Source: a virus (taxonomy: Duplodnaviria > Caudoviricetes). From it: a DNA stretch of 64,000 bases. Positions 8,954-18,075 of this stretch are shown here, in pieces (the first letter of the stretch is position 1; the number at the start of each line of letters is the position of its first letter). Below the pieces are notes generated by a model. That model was given only the letters and a program-made list of their open reading frames with translations, was not told the DNA's origin and searched no databases. The position numbers were made by a program, and so were the translations under genes. The stretch lies in IMG/VR virus record IMGVR_UViG_3300037502_000519, positions 1,039 to 65,038 of that record; one strand, written 5' to 3'.

Positions 8954-9127
8954 TCACCAATTGTCATTGCGGTGTTGATCGTTATCGCGGTCAAGTTCCT
9001 CAACCAACTTGGCAACCGCCTCTCGCTCTGCTTGTATTACCTGCTCTAGCTTCTGGCGTAACTCATCCCGCTGCGCTCGTACGCACTCAGGTCTCTCGCA
9101 GAAGTAACTACAGGTGTGAATGCTCAT
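8954..9127 (-). CDS. Small modular protein MSIHTCSYFCERPECVRAQRDELRQKLEQVIQAEREAVAKLVEE... (57 aa, not in ORF track)
   Basis: Hand-translated; ATGA overlap at 9124-9127; shares modules with ORFs starting at 8183 and 8389. Confidence 0.65.
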   Translation of the reverse strand: MSIHTCSYFCERPECVRAQRDELRQKLEQVIQAEREAVAKLVEELDRDNDQHRNDNW

Positions 9128-9400
9128 TTCCCTATCCCCTTTCTTATCGCCGCCCCACGGTCGTGGACACCGAACTTGTAGTAAATCCTCGCCATGTGCT
9201 TGCGTAGCGTCTCTACTGTCACCTGCACGATCTCCGCTACCTCATGCGTCTCTAGGCCTATGTTGTACAGATGTAGGATTAGCGCTTGCCTAGGCATGAG
9301 AGGCCACTTCTTCCGGGTCTGATACGTGCCCGGATTCTTCCACAACCTCGGCACCCTGCCCTTCGTTTTTCTGAAGGGATCGTGCCACCTTAGTTTTGTT
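9124..9400 (-). CDS. LuxR-like HTH small protein (start uncertain)
   Basis: GLETHEVAEIVQVTVETLRKHMARIYYKFGVHDR matches the LuxR/GerE C-terminal HTH pattern. Confidence 0.6.
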
Positions 9401-9571
9401 AAACGGATCGTGCCAGTTTCGGTGTTCGTACTTTGGTTCGTAGTAGAGATACGCATTGCTTGATCCTTTCTGCCGCGCCAATGTACCCAAGGCAACCAGA
9501 CGCTCTAACTGTTTACGGGCGGTCCGCTCAGAGATTTTTCTTTTCTTGGCATACTCCTTGATGGTAGTCAT
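9290..9571 (-). CDS. Putative winged-HTH protein
   Basis: TIKEYAKKRKISERTARKQLERLVALG HTH pattern. Confidence 0.55.
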   Translation of the reverse strand: MTTIKEYAKKRKISERTARKQLERLVALGTLARQKGSSNAYLYYEPKYEHRNWHDPFNKTKVARSLQKNEGQGAEVVEESGHVSDPEEVASHA

Positions 9572-9900
9572 GCGCCCTTCCCCCCTTTCGACTTATTCTT
9601 GCAAGGCCAGCGTTCTATCAACATCATGCCCACGAGAATGTCAGCAGGCAGGTTGCGGTTTTCAGCGTTCCTGCGTAGGTAGTCGATTGCCATGTCCTGT
9701 ATCTGCCCTAGCGTGACATTAGACGGTATGCAGTGCGACACACTGTCACCATAGTCTGCAAGGCCAGCCAGATAGCCCAACCCATACATGCGTTTGCTAG
9801 TGCTCTCGCTAAGAAGGTCAGAGTACAGTTCATTGCCGGTGTGGAACCCTGCACTCGCCATCGCTGGTACGAACAACAAACTCAATAGTAGCTTTCTCAT
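9568..9900 (-). CDS. Exported protein resembling the Rap1a/Tai immunity family, probable start MRKLLL
   Basis: Signal peptide; TGNELY...GYLAG..D...CIPSNVTLGQ...YL...PC pattern. Confidence 0.65.
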   Translation of the reverse strand: MRKLLLSLLFVPAMASAGFHTGNELYSDLLSESTSKRMYGLGYLAGLADYGDSVSHCIPSNVTLGQIQDMAIDYLRRNAENRNLPADILVGMMLIERWPCKNKSKGGKGA

Positions 9901-10088
9901 ATGATCCCCTTTACGTATTTGTTCTTGACAGCAACGAAGACCTCCTTTGCCACGCCCTCTTTTATGAGTTCGTTCATCGCATGCAGGGCTGTGCTTTTGT
10001 GGCACGCCATACGTTCTGCGATCTGGGTAACTGTCAAGGGTGTCTTGCGTTGTGCCAAGTAACGTTGCAGTTTCTCTTTTACTGTCAT
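9897..10088 (-). CDS. Small winged-HTH protein
   Basis: PLTVTQIAERMACHKSTALHAMNELIKEG. Confidence 0.65.
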   Translation of the reverse strand: MTVKEKLQRYLAQRKTPLTVTQIAERMACHKSTALHAMNELIKEGVAKEVFVAVKNKYVKGII

Positions 10089-10393
10089 TGTTTAGCGCCC
10101 TCCCATGCTTTGAGAAAGTCCATACCCGCCTGGGTCAGCATGATGAAACACTTGCGCCCGTCGTTGTCCTGCGGGTTCTTGGTTTCTTTGATCCACTTCT
10201 TTGCCTTTAGCGTGGCGATCTTCTTGTGCGTGGTGGCAGGTGTAGAGATCTTGTCATGGTGGCAGGCGTCGATAAGTTTCTGCGTGGGGATCATGCCCTG
10301 GAAATCACTGAGCACATCCAACACCCCTACGCATACAAGGTCAACGCCATGCTGTTGTTGTAAAGCTATTACACGAATCGGTCTCATACTCAC
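10085..10393 (-). CDS. MarR-like winged-HTH protein
   Basis: STPATTHKKIATLKAKKWI...DGR...LTQAG MarR wing motif. Confidence 0.7.
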   Translation of the reverse strand: MSMRPIRVIALQQQHGVDLVCVGVLDVLSDFQGMIPTQKLIDACHHDKISTPATTHKKIATLKAKKWIKETKNPQDNDGRKCFIMLTQAGMDFLKAWEGAKQ

Positions 10394-10396
10394 TCC

Positions 10397-11269
10397 TTAG
10401 AAATTAAAACGGTCTACGATGTCTGCCACCTGGGTGCGGATCTCTGTGCGTGCATCGACCTGCTTGCGCAGATCGTCTGTGTCCACGCTACGCAGGAGCT
10501 TCTCCAACTCCACCCGTGCGGCCTCGATGGTCATGTCATTGGTCACATTCAACGCCTTCAAGGCCTCGCACAACTCCAGCCCACCCTCGATCAACGAGGC
10601 GTGGATGCGCCCCTTCTTCTGCTTACCATTGACCTCCTCTACACGCAACTGCTTGAGCATACGGTCTAGGTGCCCCTTGAGTCGGGCCTTGGCATCTGCC
10701 ATAGCCGCCGACACGCGCTCGTCAGCGAGAGACGACAGCTTCTTCTGTAGCTCGGCCTGCGCCTCGTTGCCCACGTCCACACGGAAGTCACCGGCCTTGG
10801 GCACCGGCATGTAGTTCACACGGAACGAGAACTTACTGGCAACTTCTTGTGGGGCTGGGTACTCGCTACGGTTAAACATGTCGCCCAGCGCCATAGCCTG
10901 CGCTGTGATCAACGAGGGGTAGACCTGCACGAACTCATTGACCATGCCCACGAACTCCTGCTCAAACTGCGTCATGCGCTGATTGAATGTCATAAAGTTC
11001 TTGGTAGGAAGCAGGCGGATGCCAGCGTCAGACCAGGGCAGGGTGTTCTCGTACACATAGGTACGCGCCGCATTAACGTGTTGTTGTATGACCTCCAGTT
11101 CGTTACGACCTGCAAGCAGGTGCTTGTTGACCCGAGCGGCATCCTTCGCCGCCGCACGTTTGTTATGCACAACCTCATCAGTTGCCCCCTTGTCTAACTT
11201 GCGTGCGGTCCACATAGGTGCGCTGAACTCAACCAACATGGCGCAGGTATCAATATTGAATCGGCTCAT
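10397..11269 (-). CDS. Conserved phage protein linked to AAA/vWA modules (DUF3150-like)
   Basis: W.ARKLD...K.LL...TLPW...RLLP...Y..L...LG..F...YP pattern; strong SD. Confidence 0.6.
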   Translation of the reverse strand: MSRFNIDTCAMLVEFSAPMWTARKLDKGATDEVVHNKRAAAKDAARVNKHLLAGRNELEVIQQHVNAARTYVYENTLPWSDAGIRLLPTKNFMTFNQRMTQFEQEFVGMVNEFVQVYPSLITAQAMALGDMFNRSEYPAPQEVASKFSFRVNYMPVPKAGDFRVDVGNEAQAELQKKLSSLADERVSAAMADAKARLKGHLDRMLKQLRVEEVNGKQKKGRIHASLIEGGLELCEALKALNVTNDMTIEAARVELEKLLRSVDTDDLRKQVDARTEIRTQVADIVDRFNF

Positions 11270-11288
11270 AGTTATCTCTCCTTTTTTA

Positions 11289-11744
11289 TTAAGACAAACG
11301 CAGAACTTCTATAGTGTTGTTATCTTCATCGATGGCGGTGAGTGACCCGCCCTTACCAAAGACACGGTTTGCATACGACGATGTGGACGAACTAAGTTCT
11401 GCCGCCAGATATTTACCACCGGGTATGACGACATTCTGTCCGGGCTGAAGCGCATCAATAAACGGGCGCACGTAGGCGGTCAGTTCCCCGTACTGGTACT
11501 TGAGGTTGCGCTTACGCATGTGCTTGACGGGCCTAACTTTTACGCGCAACGACTCACCGTGACTGTGCTCATTGCCATCAGCGTCACGCACAAAGTACTC
11601 ACAGCCCAGACTTGCCAGTACCCCCAACAACTCCGTCAGAGTTTTTTGTTTTAGTACGCTCGCTACTTTCACGCTTTTAATTGCGTCTAAGTTTTCTTTT
11701 GTAGGGGTGCGTTTTGTTTGTGTGAAAAGATTTTGCTGTTGCAT
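11289..11744 (-). CDS. Hypothetical protein, probable start MQQQNLF
   Basis: AAGGAGAACACCATG leader at 11742-11756. Confidence 0.65.
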   Translation of the reverse strand: MQQQNLFTQTKRTPTKENLDAIKSVKVASVLKQKTLTELLGVLASLGCEYFVRDADGNEHSHGESLRVKVRPVKHMRKRNLKYQYGELTAYVRPFIDALQPGQNVVIPGGKYLAAELSSSTSSYANRVFGKGGSLTAIDEDNNTIEVLRLS

Positions 11745-11754
11745 GGTGTTCTCC

Positions 11755-12939
11755 TTAAGAGTAGATGCGCAGGGTTTTGCCGTGCGCGGGTTTGAAATGG
11801 TCATTGTTGATAACGCCCCACAACTCTTTACTGCACACCGATGATGGGCAGGCATCGATGTATCCATCTGTCAGCCATATGGCCCCCGATGGTTTGTACT
11901 GCTTGGACTGCACATGCTGAACAACACACTGCGGAGATGTACCGCCGCCACCCTTCGGCGCCAGTTGTTGTGCGATGGCGTCGTACTGACCCTGCACAAA
12001 CGTCTGCTCACCGCGCACCCGTGTGTCCCACCAGATGATGCGAACCAGCGTGGGGTTGATCTGCTTACAGATGTTGGCGATCTCACCGAAGATCACGGGA
12101 TAGACACCAGCCATTGACCCGGATGTGTCGCAGTTGATGTGGATTTCCCCAGACGCCATGTCAAAGTGCGTGGGCATGATGATGCCGAGCGGCAGAAATC
12201 TACGGTTGGGTGGGTTGTAACGAGAATACTCGTCACCCGAAGAAACTTCTTCCCACCACTCCCGCAACGCGCTACGCCAGTCGGTCTCACGGTTTACACC
12301 AAACCCACTGAGAACATCACACTTGCCATCGGCACCAGCCAGTCGCTTCTGCACCATCTCGCCGTGGTTCATGGCGTCTTGTACTTCTTGGCGCAGTTCA
12401 TCCATATCAGCATCGGCAGGCGCAGGCATGTGCGTATCCAACGTCTGTTGACTCTGGCTTTGACTCTGGTCTTGGTTGTTGCGCAGGAGATCCTGCAACA
12501 CATCGACAAACGACCGCCCGAAATACTTACTATTGACAAGGGGGGCAGGCGATGTGGGGCGCTCAACAAACGAGAACCCTGGGTCGGTCTGCTCGATGAA
12601 CCCATTGACCACATAGTCCATCGCCTTGTTCGACTCGTTGGGATACTTCGCCACGATGTCGGCGTAGTCCAGGCAGTGACGCAGGCCAATGTGTAGCGCC
12701 TCGTGGATGTGCACATAGCGCAACTGCTTGCGTGTCTGTGCCAGGGCGAACGCCTCCCCGTAGAAAATATCCTTGCCATTGGTCGCGGCAGTCGGTATGT
12801 CCTTGACCTCCACGCCGCCCATCATCACTGCACCAGACAACACACTGAACTGTTTGTGATTAAGGATGTCAACGTTCACCGCCGTGATGCGTTGACGCGC
12901 AGTCATACGGTCCCACTGTGTCAGCATTTGGGTCGTCAT
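11755..12939 (-). CDS. DUF2201-type metallopeptidase-vWA fusion
   Basis: PTAATNG, HEALH zincin, AMD..VN; C-terminal DTSGSM MIDAS, GGGGT, LTDGY. Confidence 0.88.
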   Translation of the reverse strand: MTTQMLTQWDRMTARQRITAVNVDILNHKQFSVLSGAVMMGGVEVKDIPTAATNGKDIFYGEAFALAQTRKQLRYVHIHEALHIGLRHCLDYADIVAKYPNESNKAMDYVVNGFIEQTDPGFSFVERPTSPAPLVNSKYFGRSFVDVLQDLLRNNQDQSQSQSQQTLDTHMPAPADADMDELRQEVQDAMNHGEMVQKRLAGADGKCDVLSGFGVNRETDWRSALREWWEEVSSGDEYSRYNPPNRRFLPLGIIMPTHFDMASGEIHINCDTSGSMAGVYPVIFGEIANICKQINPTLVRIIWWDTRVRGEQTFVQGQYDAIAQQLAPKGGGGTSPQCVVQHVQSKQYKPSGAIWLTDGYIDACPSSVCSKELWGVINNDHFKPAHGKTLRIYS

Positions 12940-12941
12940 GA

Positions 12942-14081
12942 TTACGCCTTGAAGAACAGACGGTTGTCGGTCAGCATCTCGCCAAACTTACTGACCGTGG
13001 TGTACAACCCCATCGACTCACTCTTGGACTCGGTCACACGGCGCAGGAACAACGACTGCACCTCCGGCTCAAGCCGTGCGATGTATGTTGTGTAGGCCTC
13101 GGCATCGTCACGCGTGCGTGTCTGGGCAATAGACCGGAACACGATGATCTGTTGTGCGATCTTGTTGCTTGGCACTGGCGCGTAGCCAGGATCGTGGAGC
13201 ACCTCGGCATTGCGTGGCACCTGCGCACCGAACCGTATGAACGACATCAGGAGAGAGGCAAATGCTTTGCCCACTGTGCCAGCAAGCGCTTGTTCAAGAG
13301 TGGTGCTATCGAATCCCCCCAGGGCGTAGGCATCGAGGATGTCAGAGGCCGCATGTAGGGTGCGCGGCGACGCATAGGCGTCTTGGACTTCTTGTGGATT
13401 GTAGATAGACGGGTTGTCTTTTGCTTGGTCTTTGCCTGCATATTTGCCTCCTGGTAGATAGTCAACGAACGAGTCCAACACCTGCGGGTTCTCCTCCACA
13501 CAGGCGATCAGGATGGGGTTCAACCCCACGGGTATGGCAAAGTTATTGATCCACTCCTGGGCCGTAGACTTGCGCATCTTCACCACAAGCAACCTACTAC
13601 GCAGGTGGGCGGCAAGGCTGTCACCTAGACCCTCGATGGCAAGGTTGGTCAGCCCGAACACCACAGACCCCGTGGGCATGAAGAACGTACCGATACGGCG
13701 GTCATACATGATGGGCGCGATCATGTTCTTCACATACTGCGGCACCTTGGCAACCTCATCGAAGCAGACCAGCACAGGGCGCTCGCTGTCCCCGCCACGC
13801 TGGTTGGCAAAGCTCAGACCCATCCGCTCGTTAGGCAACTCACGAGACACCCCCCGCTCACGGTCGATGTCAGGCATGAAGAGCGAACCGTCAGACAACT
13901 GCGTGCAGTCGATGGGCGCGGGCTTGACGAAGTCTTTGAAGAACGGATCGGCGCTGAGCGTTTTGTGTAGCCATGTCTTGCCGGTGCCGTTCTCACCCAT
14001 CACAAGGACGGTGCGCTTGTGGCCCACTGCCTTGATCAGATCGATAACTTGGTCGTGCGATAGGAAGTCTTTTGCATCCAT
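12942..14081 (-). CDS. MoxR-type AAA+ ATPase
   Basis: Walker A GENGTGKT, Walker B VCFDE, sensor N, HLRSR arginine finger, SPRT. Confidence 0.88.
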   Translation of the reverse strand: MDAKDFLSHDQVIDLIKAVGHKRTVLVMGENGTGKTWLHKTLSADPFFKDFVKPAPIDCTQLSDGSLFMPDIDRERGVSRELPNERMGLSFANQRGGDSERPVLVCFDEVAKVPQYVKNMIAPIMYDRRIGTFFMPTGSVVFGLTNLAIEGLGDSLAAHLRSRLLVVKMRKSTAQEWINNFAIPVGLNPILIACVEENPQVLDSFVDYLPGGKYAGKDQAKDNPSIYNPQEVQDAYASPRTLHAASDILDAYALGGFDSTTLEQALAGTVGKAFASLLMSFIRFGAQVPRNAEVLHDPGYAPVPSNKIAQQIIVFRSIAQTRTRDDAEAYTTYIARLEPEVQSLFLRRVTESKSESMGLYTTVSKFGEMLTDNRLFFKA

Positions 14082-14118
14082 GGTGTTCTCCTTTTTAGAT
14101 TAACTGCACTGGTAAAAG

Positions 14119-14147
14119 ATTATAGAACAGAGTAAAACATTTGACAA
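14119..14147 (-). promoter_or_regulatory. sigma70-type promoter for the AAA-vWA operon
   Basis: Minus strand TTGTCA (14147-14142), 17 bp spacer, TATAAT (14124-14119). Confidence 0.7.
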
Positions 14148-14173
14148 GCAATATCTGAAACCTCCTTTCTTAT

Positions 14174-15202
14174 TTACAGTTTGTTGTAGATAGTGTCATC
14201 GTAGGCATAGCCCCCACCGTACGCAGACTCCACCGGCTCACCGAATAACTCAGCGCGTACCAGCATGACGAAGGTCTCTGGGTCGGTGTACGCCATGTCG
14301 TACATCTCGGCCTTGGTCATGTCGTACAGGGTATGGTCGTTACTGGCAGTTTGTTTGTCATACGACTTGTAGAAGGTGGACCACTTGTCCTCCTTGTACT
14401 CCGTCACCGTGGGGTCTCGGTCAGTGGGCAGGTCGTCCCACTCGATAGCAAGGCAGGCGTCGCGTAGGTTGAAAAGGCTGGGCAGGTGTAGCGTCTCAGC
14501 CCCACTGTGCTCGTGGTCGTAGCCGCATGACAGGTTGGTGCACTCGGGGATGATGTCGGTGTAGTTTGCCGTGTCAGTAAACACACCGCTGTCGTCTGGC
14601 AGGTACATGTTGGCCTCGTTCGTATTGAGCGCATCGGCTAGGGCCTGGGCAAAGGCATCGGAACAACACCGTGACCAGCCCTGGTGTGTGATGACATCGG
14701 TTGACCCACGCCTGTCGAACGCAATGGCACGGTTGAACTTGTAGAGAATGTCGCCGTACTTCTTGAAGATATGCGATGACCCCAGACCGCCGCACTCCTC
14801 GGCACGGTGGAAGAAGTAACACCCAGGCACACCGGCGTCGATCATCTCCAGCATGACCCACGCACCAGCCGCATCGTCAGCACCCAGAGGCTCACCGTCG
14901 GTCTTGTAGTAGGTCTGCTTGGTGCGGTCGTACTTGATGCGTTGCTTGCCCTCGTTGCGGTGCACGGTGTCGGTGTGGCAGGAGAAGAGCGTCTTGGGTT
15001 GGCGTCCATCTGCGTGAGGCACCGTGATGACGAGCGCCATGTCGTCAATGTTCAGAGGGTCATACGGCATGATGAACCGCTCGATCCACTGGACCTCAGA
15101 CTTCGACCCGTGTGGGCGCTTATACCTGAGCATCTCGTGCAGTCGTTCGTCGTAGTATTCGGTGGATGTGGGGGTGGTTGTCACTGTGTTTGCCTTTGTC
15201 AT
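14174..15202 (-). CDS. M28/M20-like zinc peptidase
   Basis: CHTDTVH, LGADDAAG, RAEECG, FDRRG, GY..EH metal-ligand motifs. Confidence 0.85.
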   Translation of the reverse strand: MTKANTVTTTPTSTEYYDERLHEMLRYKRPHGSKSEVQWIERFIMPYDPLNIDDMALVITVPHADGRQPKTLFSCHTDTVHRNEGKQRIKYDRTKQTYYKTDGEPLGADDAAGAWVMLEMIDAGVPGCYFFHRAEECGGLGSSHIFKKYGDILYKFNRAIAFDRRGSTDVITHQGWSRCCSDAFAQALADALNTNEANMYLPDDSGVFTDTANYTDIIPECTNLSCGYDHEHSGAETLHLPSLFNLRDACLAIEWDDLPTDRDPTVTEYKEDKWSTFYKSYDKQTASNDHTLYDMTKAEMYDMAYTDPETFVMLVRAELFGEPVESAYGGGYAYDDTIYNKL

Positions 15203-15227
15203 GTTGTTCTCCTAAGTGTGTTGGTGA

Positions 15228-17006
15228 TTAACGCAATGCCTGAAAGGTGGCGTGGTAGAAGTAATGAGTACGGAAGTTGGTCATATAACGGAACGCTCTG
15301 GATGCACCCTCCATGTCACCATACGAACGCACGAGATCCCGCAGGGTAACGAAGCCAACGACACGCTCGTTGCCGTAGTCATCCATGAACCGTGGTGCGT
15401 TGAGATACGCCTCGGCAAATAACTCCGGCATGTCATCACCCCACACGATTGTCTGGTAGGGGAACCCTTCGACAGTATCAGGCGCAACCACTACGACACC
15501 CACCGCACTGTCTGCGTCTGACTCGTGGAAGTACACCTGACCCTCGGCATTGTTGATCACCTCGACGGCGTCATCGGTACGCATCCAATTGCCATTGGGG
15601 TCTTGCACGCACTCATCGATATGCCGATAGTCACCGTCATGCTCGCAGTACACGATGTCGTAGTAGTCAAGGTACTGGTCATGATAGTACTCGCCGTCGG
15701 TCTCACAGAGCACGCATGAGTCGCTCTCGATATGGTCTTCGTTGCCACGCCGTGAGTGTGCCCACAGGTATTGATCAGAACAGCACGAACCGATGCGTAT
15801 GCCGTGGTAGTCAGAGTAGTTCATCTCATCCTCGTCCTCATCTGTGTGACGCCCACACACCTCGCACATGCCACCTATGCGATCCGTCAGCCCGTTGGTA
15901 TTGGTCGCACTGCTCCTGTGCTCACCGTCGGAGTTGGCAACCAGCCAGTACCGCCTGCCATCGATCCTATGTATGCTCACATGCTTGTCATTGCCATCGA
16001 TGTAGGGCATGACATACTGCCCGTCGTCGTGCTCAACCACAAGCAGGCGTGGGTCGTATTGGTACACAGACTCTCGCCGGTAGTCACGCTCCAGCAACAT
16101 ATCGAGCAACGCGTTGGACTCATCACCGTAGACGCGAACGAAGTGCGCCTTGGCAGGATCATCAGGGAACGCAACGATGGCACGCGCCACCACACGGTCG
16201 TCCATCACGCGGTCAGTCAGCCACGCCAGTGCAAAGTCACCAGACGCATAGACCCGCGCTGGATGTATCTCACTGTCGAACGAGTACACATCGCCCTGCA
16301 TACACGAGGCCAGACCACACTCATCCTCACGGATACTGTAGATAGCCTCGAAGTCATCCGCATCCTTGGACATATGGAAGTCCAACTGCTTGACGCCATC
16401 GGCAAGAGAACGGATCTGGTTTTGTGTCAGCGTCTCACCGTAGAACTGTGTGAGGTAGCGTCCGACCTTTGTGCGCACCTGACGGTCACGCTTGCCGTAC
16501 TCAGGCGATGGGGTATAGGCCACCATCGTGGGGTCTTCGGTTGATATGTGTGGGAAGTGCCACCACAGGTGCGGGTTGTCCTTGCCTATCTTGCGTAGCG
16601 TTGCGAGAAACGCAGGGGGTTTGTAGTACTCCGTCACGAAGCGTGCGTTCTCACGCCACACCCAGAACGCAGACTCAGGCATCGCCTCACGCATATACGC
16701 AATGGTGTTAGCGATACGAAACGCCGACCGCTTGTCACTGTCGTCGATGTCGGAGCCAGACTGATACGCCTCGCTGAGTTTGCTTGCGAAGTCATACCCG
16801 TTGAACCTCGGTGCGTCAGCGCCGAACACCGGCTCGCCGTCGACCTGTATTTCGTGGATCAGCTTGCCATTGCCAGGTTCGTTGCGCACACCGCCGTCGT
16901 CGTACAGATTACATATGCGCGTGAGGTGGTAAAGCTCGTCAGTGGTAACGGTTTGCAACACTTGTAGCAAAGCATCTTTGGAATCTATTTTAGACATGAT
17001 GTCCAT
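15228..17006 (-). CDS. Large acidic hypothetical protein with Cys/His-rich repeated C-terminus
   Basis: 592-aa ORF with strong SD; SCM...HP..VY...ARAI...RVYG...PYID core. Confidence 0.8.
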   Translation of the reverse strand: MDIMSKIDSKDALLQVLQTVTTDELYHLTRICNLYDDGGVRNEPGNGKLIHEIQVDGEPVFGADAPRFNGYDFASKLSEAYQSGSDIDDSDKRSAFRIANTIAYMREAMPESAFWVWRENARFVTEYYKPPAFLATLRKIGKDNPHLWWHFPHISTEDPTMVAYTPSPEYGKRDRQVRTKVGRYLTQFYGETLTQNQIRSLADGVKQLDFHMSKDADDFEAIYSIREDECGLASCMQGDVYSFDSEIHPARVYASGDFALAWLTDRVMDDRVVARAIVAFPDDPAKAHFVRVYGDESNALLDMLLERDYRRESVYQYDPRLLVVEHDDGQYVMPYIDGNDKHVSIHRIDGRRYWLVANSDGEHRSSATNTNGLTDRIGGMCEVCGRHTDEDEDEMNYSDYHGIRIGSCCSDQYLWAHSRRGNEDHIESDSCVLCETDGEYYHDQYLDYYDIVYCEHDGDYRHIDECVQDPNGNWMRTDDAVEVINNAEGQVYFHESDADSAVGVVVVAPDTVEGFPYQTIVWGDDMPELFAEAYLNAPRFMDDYGNERVVGFVTLRDLVRSYGDMEGASRAFRYMTNFRTHYFYHATFQALR

Positions 17007-17171
17007 GTTGTTTCTCCTTGTGGTTAGTTTATTAATACGACAGCATCATCAGGATGATGTAGAACAGGCCAAAGGCAAAGGCCAGCCCCATCACCCCCAT
17101 GAAGTCTATGAACATGGCGCGTAACTCCTGCGCCCTGCGGATACGCCTACGGCGTTCGGTTGAGTTGACCC

Positions 17172-17393
17172 TCATTTGATGTCCTTTCTCACAAGTTTGT
17201 CTGCGTCTCTGTAGGCTCTGTCGATGGTGTCAACGACGAACGAGATCAGAAGTTTCTTATCTGCGCCTGCCATCACACCCGCCAGCCCCAGCACCATCGC
17301 CGTGGCTGGCACAACATCGTCAAGGTCTGCACCCTCTAGCGTTGTGTGCAGTTTGTTTACAACATCTAAGTACTCTTCATTGTTTGCGGTCAT
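17172..17393 (-). CDS. Small hypothetical protein, probable start MTANNEE
   Basis: SD GGAGG; ATGA overlap. Confidence 0.55.
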   Translation of the reverse strand: MTANNEEYLDVVNKLHTTLEGADLDDVVPATAMVLGLAGVMAGADKKLLISFVVDTIDRAYRDADKLVRKDIK

Positions 17394-17716
17394 TTCAATT
17401 CCTCCGGTATCTCTACCTCGTCTCCGAGTTTGCTTGCCACATAGCACCGCATGGCGGCGATCAGGGGTGTTGGGCCGTATTGCCTTTGTAGTATCCTGCC
17501 CGCCTCATTGTAGGTTTGAGCAAGCCAAGTTTTATCTGTACCCCAAGGCTCCACCCCAATTCTCTCCCGTTCAATGATCGGTCCACCATGCTCCCACGAG
17601 GTTGATGGGATAAAGAGCACCACTTCCTTGTCTGATTCGTACCAGACTCCGCCGTTACCTTCTATTTCAGACACTGCCCAGTCCAGGGCTGGCCCCTGTA
17701 GTTCACTCGTTTTCAT
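17390..17716 (-). CDS. DUF2591 / NinX-like protein
   Basis: L.G.ALDWAV...PST.W..GGPIIERE.I...GPTPLIAAMRC.V.S..G. Confidence 0.85.
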   Translation of the reverse strand: MKTSELQGPALDWAVSEIEGNGGVWYESDKEVVLFIPSTSWEHGGPIIERERIGVEPWGTDKTWLAQTYNEAGRILQRQYGPTPLIAAMRCYVASKLGDEVEIPEELK

Positions 17717-17814
17717 CTCACACCCCCCACATATTTAAAAGAATCAGCCCACCGCATACGGTGAGCACTAGGAAATAAAACACAAAGATCATCTGTCCCA
17801 TGGTTGTTTCTCCT

Positions 17815-17982
17815 TTACTGTGGTTTCTTTACATACGGCACGAGTGGTGCGCCTTGATATAACTCATGCAAGATCGCCGCAAGCTCCTCGGGATCGTCGG
17901 TCTTGTAGAGCAACTGCTCGTCGGCATACAACTCGTAATAGTCATCATTGGTCCGCTTGATGATCATTTTTTCTACGGTCAT
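17815..17982 (-). CDS. Small hypothetical protein (MTVEKMI...)
   Basis: AAGGAGAAACAACCATG leader. Confidence 0.55.
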   Translation of the reverse strand: MTVEKMIIKRTNDDYYELYADEQLLYKTDDPEELAAILHELYQGAPLVPYVKKPQ

Positions 17983-18075
17983 GGTTGTTTCTCCTTTGGT
18001 TGTGCGGCAGAAGTAGACACTTGAACAGAGCCGCCTGCCGCGTGCGGTCTGTCGGTACAAATTAAGAGCGTGAGG

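Noticed and set aside
6525-9127. Repeats as a CRISPR array, integron or DGR template/variable pair
   Set aside because: Repeats are coding, of several types and irregularly spaced; no reverse transcriptase or integrase; mismatches are not adenine-specific.
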